From Collinsella sp. (GTDB lineage Bacteria > Actinomycetota > Coriobacteriia > Coriobacteriales > Coriobacteriaceae), in NCBI GenBank assembly GCA_014871605.1, contig WGSQ01000001.1:1-39376 (forward strand): a stretch of DNA of 39,376 nt, written 5' to 3'. A program made the translations under genes and the position numbers. Below, one piece after another: positions 37,087-39,376 of the stretch; the stretch's first letter is position 1; the number at the start of each line of letters is the position of its first letter. The notes under the pieces were generated by a model. The model worked only from the letters and a program-made list of their open reading frames with translations, was not told the origin of the DNA and ran no database searches.

Positions 37087-37908
37087 CTACATCCCATTGC
37101 GCAGATCGCACACGCCGGCTGCCGCCATCTCGCGCAGCAGCGTCTCGCGGTCGCGCGTCACGATCAGATCCAACGGGAAGTGAATCTCGTCGAGCATCTT
37201 GCGAGCGTAATCGAGCTTACCAATTGCCATGCCAATGTGCGCATCGGTCGAAACGCCAATGCCCACGCCCAGCTCGGCGCAGCGCTCGGCGATCTTGCGG
37301 CATACGGCCCAATGCTCAGTGTCGACACCGTGTTCAAGACTATGGTTGTTGATCTCGATAATCTTGTGCTTGGCCTTAGCCGCCAACAGCACCTCGTCGA
37401 TATCGAACGGCACGCCCGAACGCCCCGTGTGACCCAGCATGAACACCTTGGGGTGCTCCAGGGCATTGATATACATCTCGGTCGTCTGGGCCAGCGTCGC
37501 GCCTTCAGCAATCTGCGGATTATGCACGCTCGCAACCAAATAATCCAAATTACGCGTAACCAAATCGAACAGCGAATGCTGACGGCTGTACGAATCGCCG
37601 GCAATATCGAGCGTGACAGGGGTGTCCTCGCCAAACAGGCTTCCGTCCAGCGAAACGATATCGGCCTCGGCACCACGCAGCACCAGCACGCCGCTCCAAA
37701 TGCGCGGCCAGATATCCTGGTTGATAAAGAACTGGTAACTGCGCAGGTCATTGGGGCAAGCCGTAACCATAGAGCTCAAATGGTCGGCAGATCCGAGCAC
37801 CTGCAGACCACGCTCTGCCGCCCAGTACACATTCTCCTCAATGGTCGAATATGCATGCGCAGAGAACATCGTATGGGTATGAATGTCACAAGAAAGCAGG
37901 TAGGGCAT
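37087..37908 (-). CDS. PHP-domain phosphatase (YcdX-like)
   Basis: DIHTHT..HAYST, ADH, GAEAD, ASVH, EINN, TDAH. Confidence 0.88.
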   Translation of the reverse strand: MPYLLSCDIHTHTMFSAHAYSTIEENVYWAAERGLQVLGSADHLSSMVTACPNDLRSYQFFINQDIWPRIWSGVLVLRGAEADIVSLDGSLFGEDTPVTLDIAGDSYSRQHSLFDLVTRNLDYLVASVHNPQIAEGATLAQTTEMYINALEHPKVFMLGHTGRSGVPFDIDEVLLAAKAKHKIIEINNHSLEHGVDTEHWAVCRKIAERCAELGVGIGVSTDAHIGMAIGKLDYARKMLDEIHFPLDLIVTRDRETLLREMAAAGVCDLRNGM

Positions 37909-38073
37909 CAGGTCTCCTTATCTGGCACGGCCGTCGCTTATATTCATTGTACGCATAGCCTTCGATAGTCGTAAAACCACTCCATCCCAAAGACACAACG
38001 TCCATGACAACGGGGTCCGGCTTAACACCAAACCCCGTTTCACGTAAAACATTGTAGGCAGATCGCTTTGCTT

Positions 38074-39258
38074 TTAACGATACTCGTCCGCCAACTGTTT
38101 CCAAGCGGGTAGCGAATTGACAATCGTTTCGTAACTCACGCAATAGCCCAGGCGGAACCAACCCGGCATACCAAAGCTGTCCGAGGGAACCGCAAGCAAC
38201 TCATACTTCTTTGCGCGCTCGCAAAACGCATTCGCATCGGGCTCCAACGCTTTCACCCATAGGTAGAACGCGCCATCCGGCTCAACATAGGTGTAGCCAT
38301 ACTCCGCTAGTGCGTCGGTAAGCGCGGTGCGGTTGCGTGCATAGGCCTCAACGTCACTCGGCTCATCGATGCAGTCGATAATTACGCGCTGGAAGAGTGC
38401 CGGTGCGCATACAAAACCCAGCGTACGGGCAGCACCCGCAACAGCCGGCATCAGACGGGCGGCCTGCGGATTGGTGTTGGGAACCAAGATCCACCCCACG
38501 CGCTCACCCGGCAGCGACAGCGACTTGGAATACGAGTAGCACACGATGGTGTGCTCGTAAATCGAGGGCACCCAAGGCACCTCGGCACCGTACACGATTT
38601 CGCGGTACGGCTCATCCGAGATGAGCATAATCGGATTCTCGGGATCGCGCTGAGCGTTGGCCTCGCGCAGAACGTTGGCCAGTCGCGTCAGCGTGTCGCA
38701 TGTATATACGGCACCGGTCGGATTGTTGGGAGAGTCGATGATGACGGCCGCCGTCTTATCGCTGATCGCCTTGAGCACGTTGTCCACGCTCAGCTGGAAC
38801 GTATCTTCATCGGCGAGCGCCTCAACACACGTACAGCCGGCCTTCTCAATCCAAACGCGATACTCCGGAAAGTACGGGGCGATAACAATAACCTCGTCGC
38901 CCGGGTTCGTAACGGCGTTGAGCGTGCAGGTGAGCGAAGCCGCGGCACCCACCGTCATAAAGACGTCTTTGCCCTCATAGCTCGTGCCAAAGCGGCGGTT
39001 GAGCGATTCGGCCACAGCGGCACGACATTGCGGCAGGCCCGGTGCGGGCGTGTAGCCGTGCAGCTGGTCGCTCGGCAGCTCCAGGGCCTTCTTAATCGAC
39101 TCAGCCACGGCAGCGGGCGCCGGAACACTCGGGTTGCCCAGCGAAAAATCGAATACGTTCTCCGCACCGATCTGTGCCTTGCGCTCAAGACCATAGCTAA
39201 AGATCTCGCGAATGATGGAGCTTTCCGCACCGCGAGCATACATAGTTTCGTTGATCAT
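38074..39258 (-). CDS. Class I/II PLP-dependent aminotransferase (aspartate aminotransferase-like)
   Basis: FSLGNP, SPNNPTG, ISDEPY, SYSKSLSLPGERVG. Start at MINETM after AAGGGG; TACAAT -10 at 39288-39283. Confidence 0.92.
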   Translation of the reverse strand: MINETMYARGAESSIIREIFSYGLERKAQIGAENVFDFSLGNPSVPAPAAVAESIKKALELPSDQLHGYTPAPGLPQCRAAVAESLNRRFGTSYEGKDVFMTVGAAASLTCTLNAVTNPGDEVIVIAPYFPEYRVWIEKAGCTCVEALADEDTFQLSVDNVLKAISDKTAAVIIDSPNNPTGAVYTCDTLTRLANVLREANAQRDPENPIMLISDEPYREIVYGAEVPWVPSIYEHTIVCYSYSKSLSLPGERVGWILVPNTNPQAARLMPAVAGAARTLGFVCAPALFQRVIIDCIDEPSDVEAYARNRTALTDALAEYGYTYVEPDGAFYLWVKALEPDANAFCERAKKYELLAVPSDSFGMPGWFRLGYCVSYETIVNSLPAWKQLADEYR

Positions 39259-39320
39259 CTGTTCCCCTTTCGCATAGGCGCTATTGTACGCTTTAGCCGA
39301 GCAAAGTGCCGCAGCAATGT

Positions 39321-39376
39321 TGATTGGGGACAGACTTAAATGCGTGAAAACGCTCATTTAAGTCTGTCCCCAATCA
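39321..39376. repeat. 56-bp palindrome with 22-bp arms containing GGGGACAG
   Basis: TGATTGGGGACAGACTTAAATG / CATTTAAGTCTGTCCCCAATCA. It ends exactly at the window end. Confidence 0.8.

Overview
High-GC bacterial chromosomal window. Gene content and style suggest a gut Coriobacteriia member such as Collinsella (inference). I call 32 CDS. Housekeeping/amino-acid genes: ilvE, dedA, cysE, glmS, larE-like, a second divergent EF-G, a polar amino-acid ABC importer, rlmD, a PHP phosphatase and a class I/II aminotransferase. Also present: a MarR plus heterodimeric ABC exporter operon, several regulators, two solitary accessory genes (AAA_14/DUF4143-like; Schlafen/AlbA_2-HATPase-wHTH-like), and a sugar operon with a divergent LacI gene (Fru-family PTS IIBC, GatZ/KbaZ-like protein, transaldolase, split transketolase, PTS IIA). 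No rRNA, tRNA, CRISPR array, transposase or phage gene was recognised. The most interesting candidate is the sugar operon: it has no kinase, aldolase or dehydrogenase, and on stereochemical grounds it fits catabolism of a 7-carbon ketose (D-mannoheptulose-7-P to sedoheptulose-7-P by C4 epimerisation, then TAL/TKT). This is a hypothesis. Other signals: a family of REP-like GGGACAG hairpins (two long copies flank the Schlafen-like gene as direct repeats), iterated operator-like arrays upstream of both accessory genes, and a CTTTA-N6-TAAAG palindrome shared by three amino-acid loci. All family assignments come from motifs read by eye; no database search was run.
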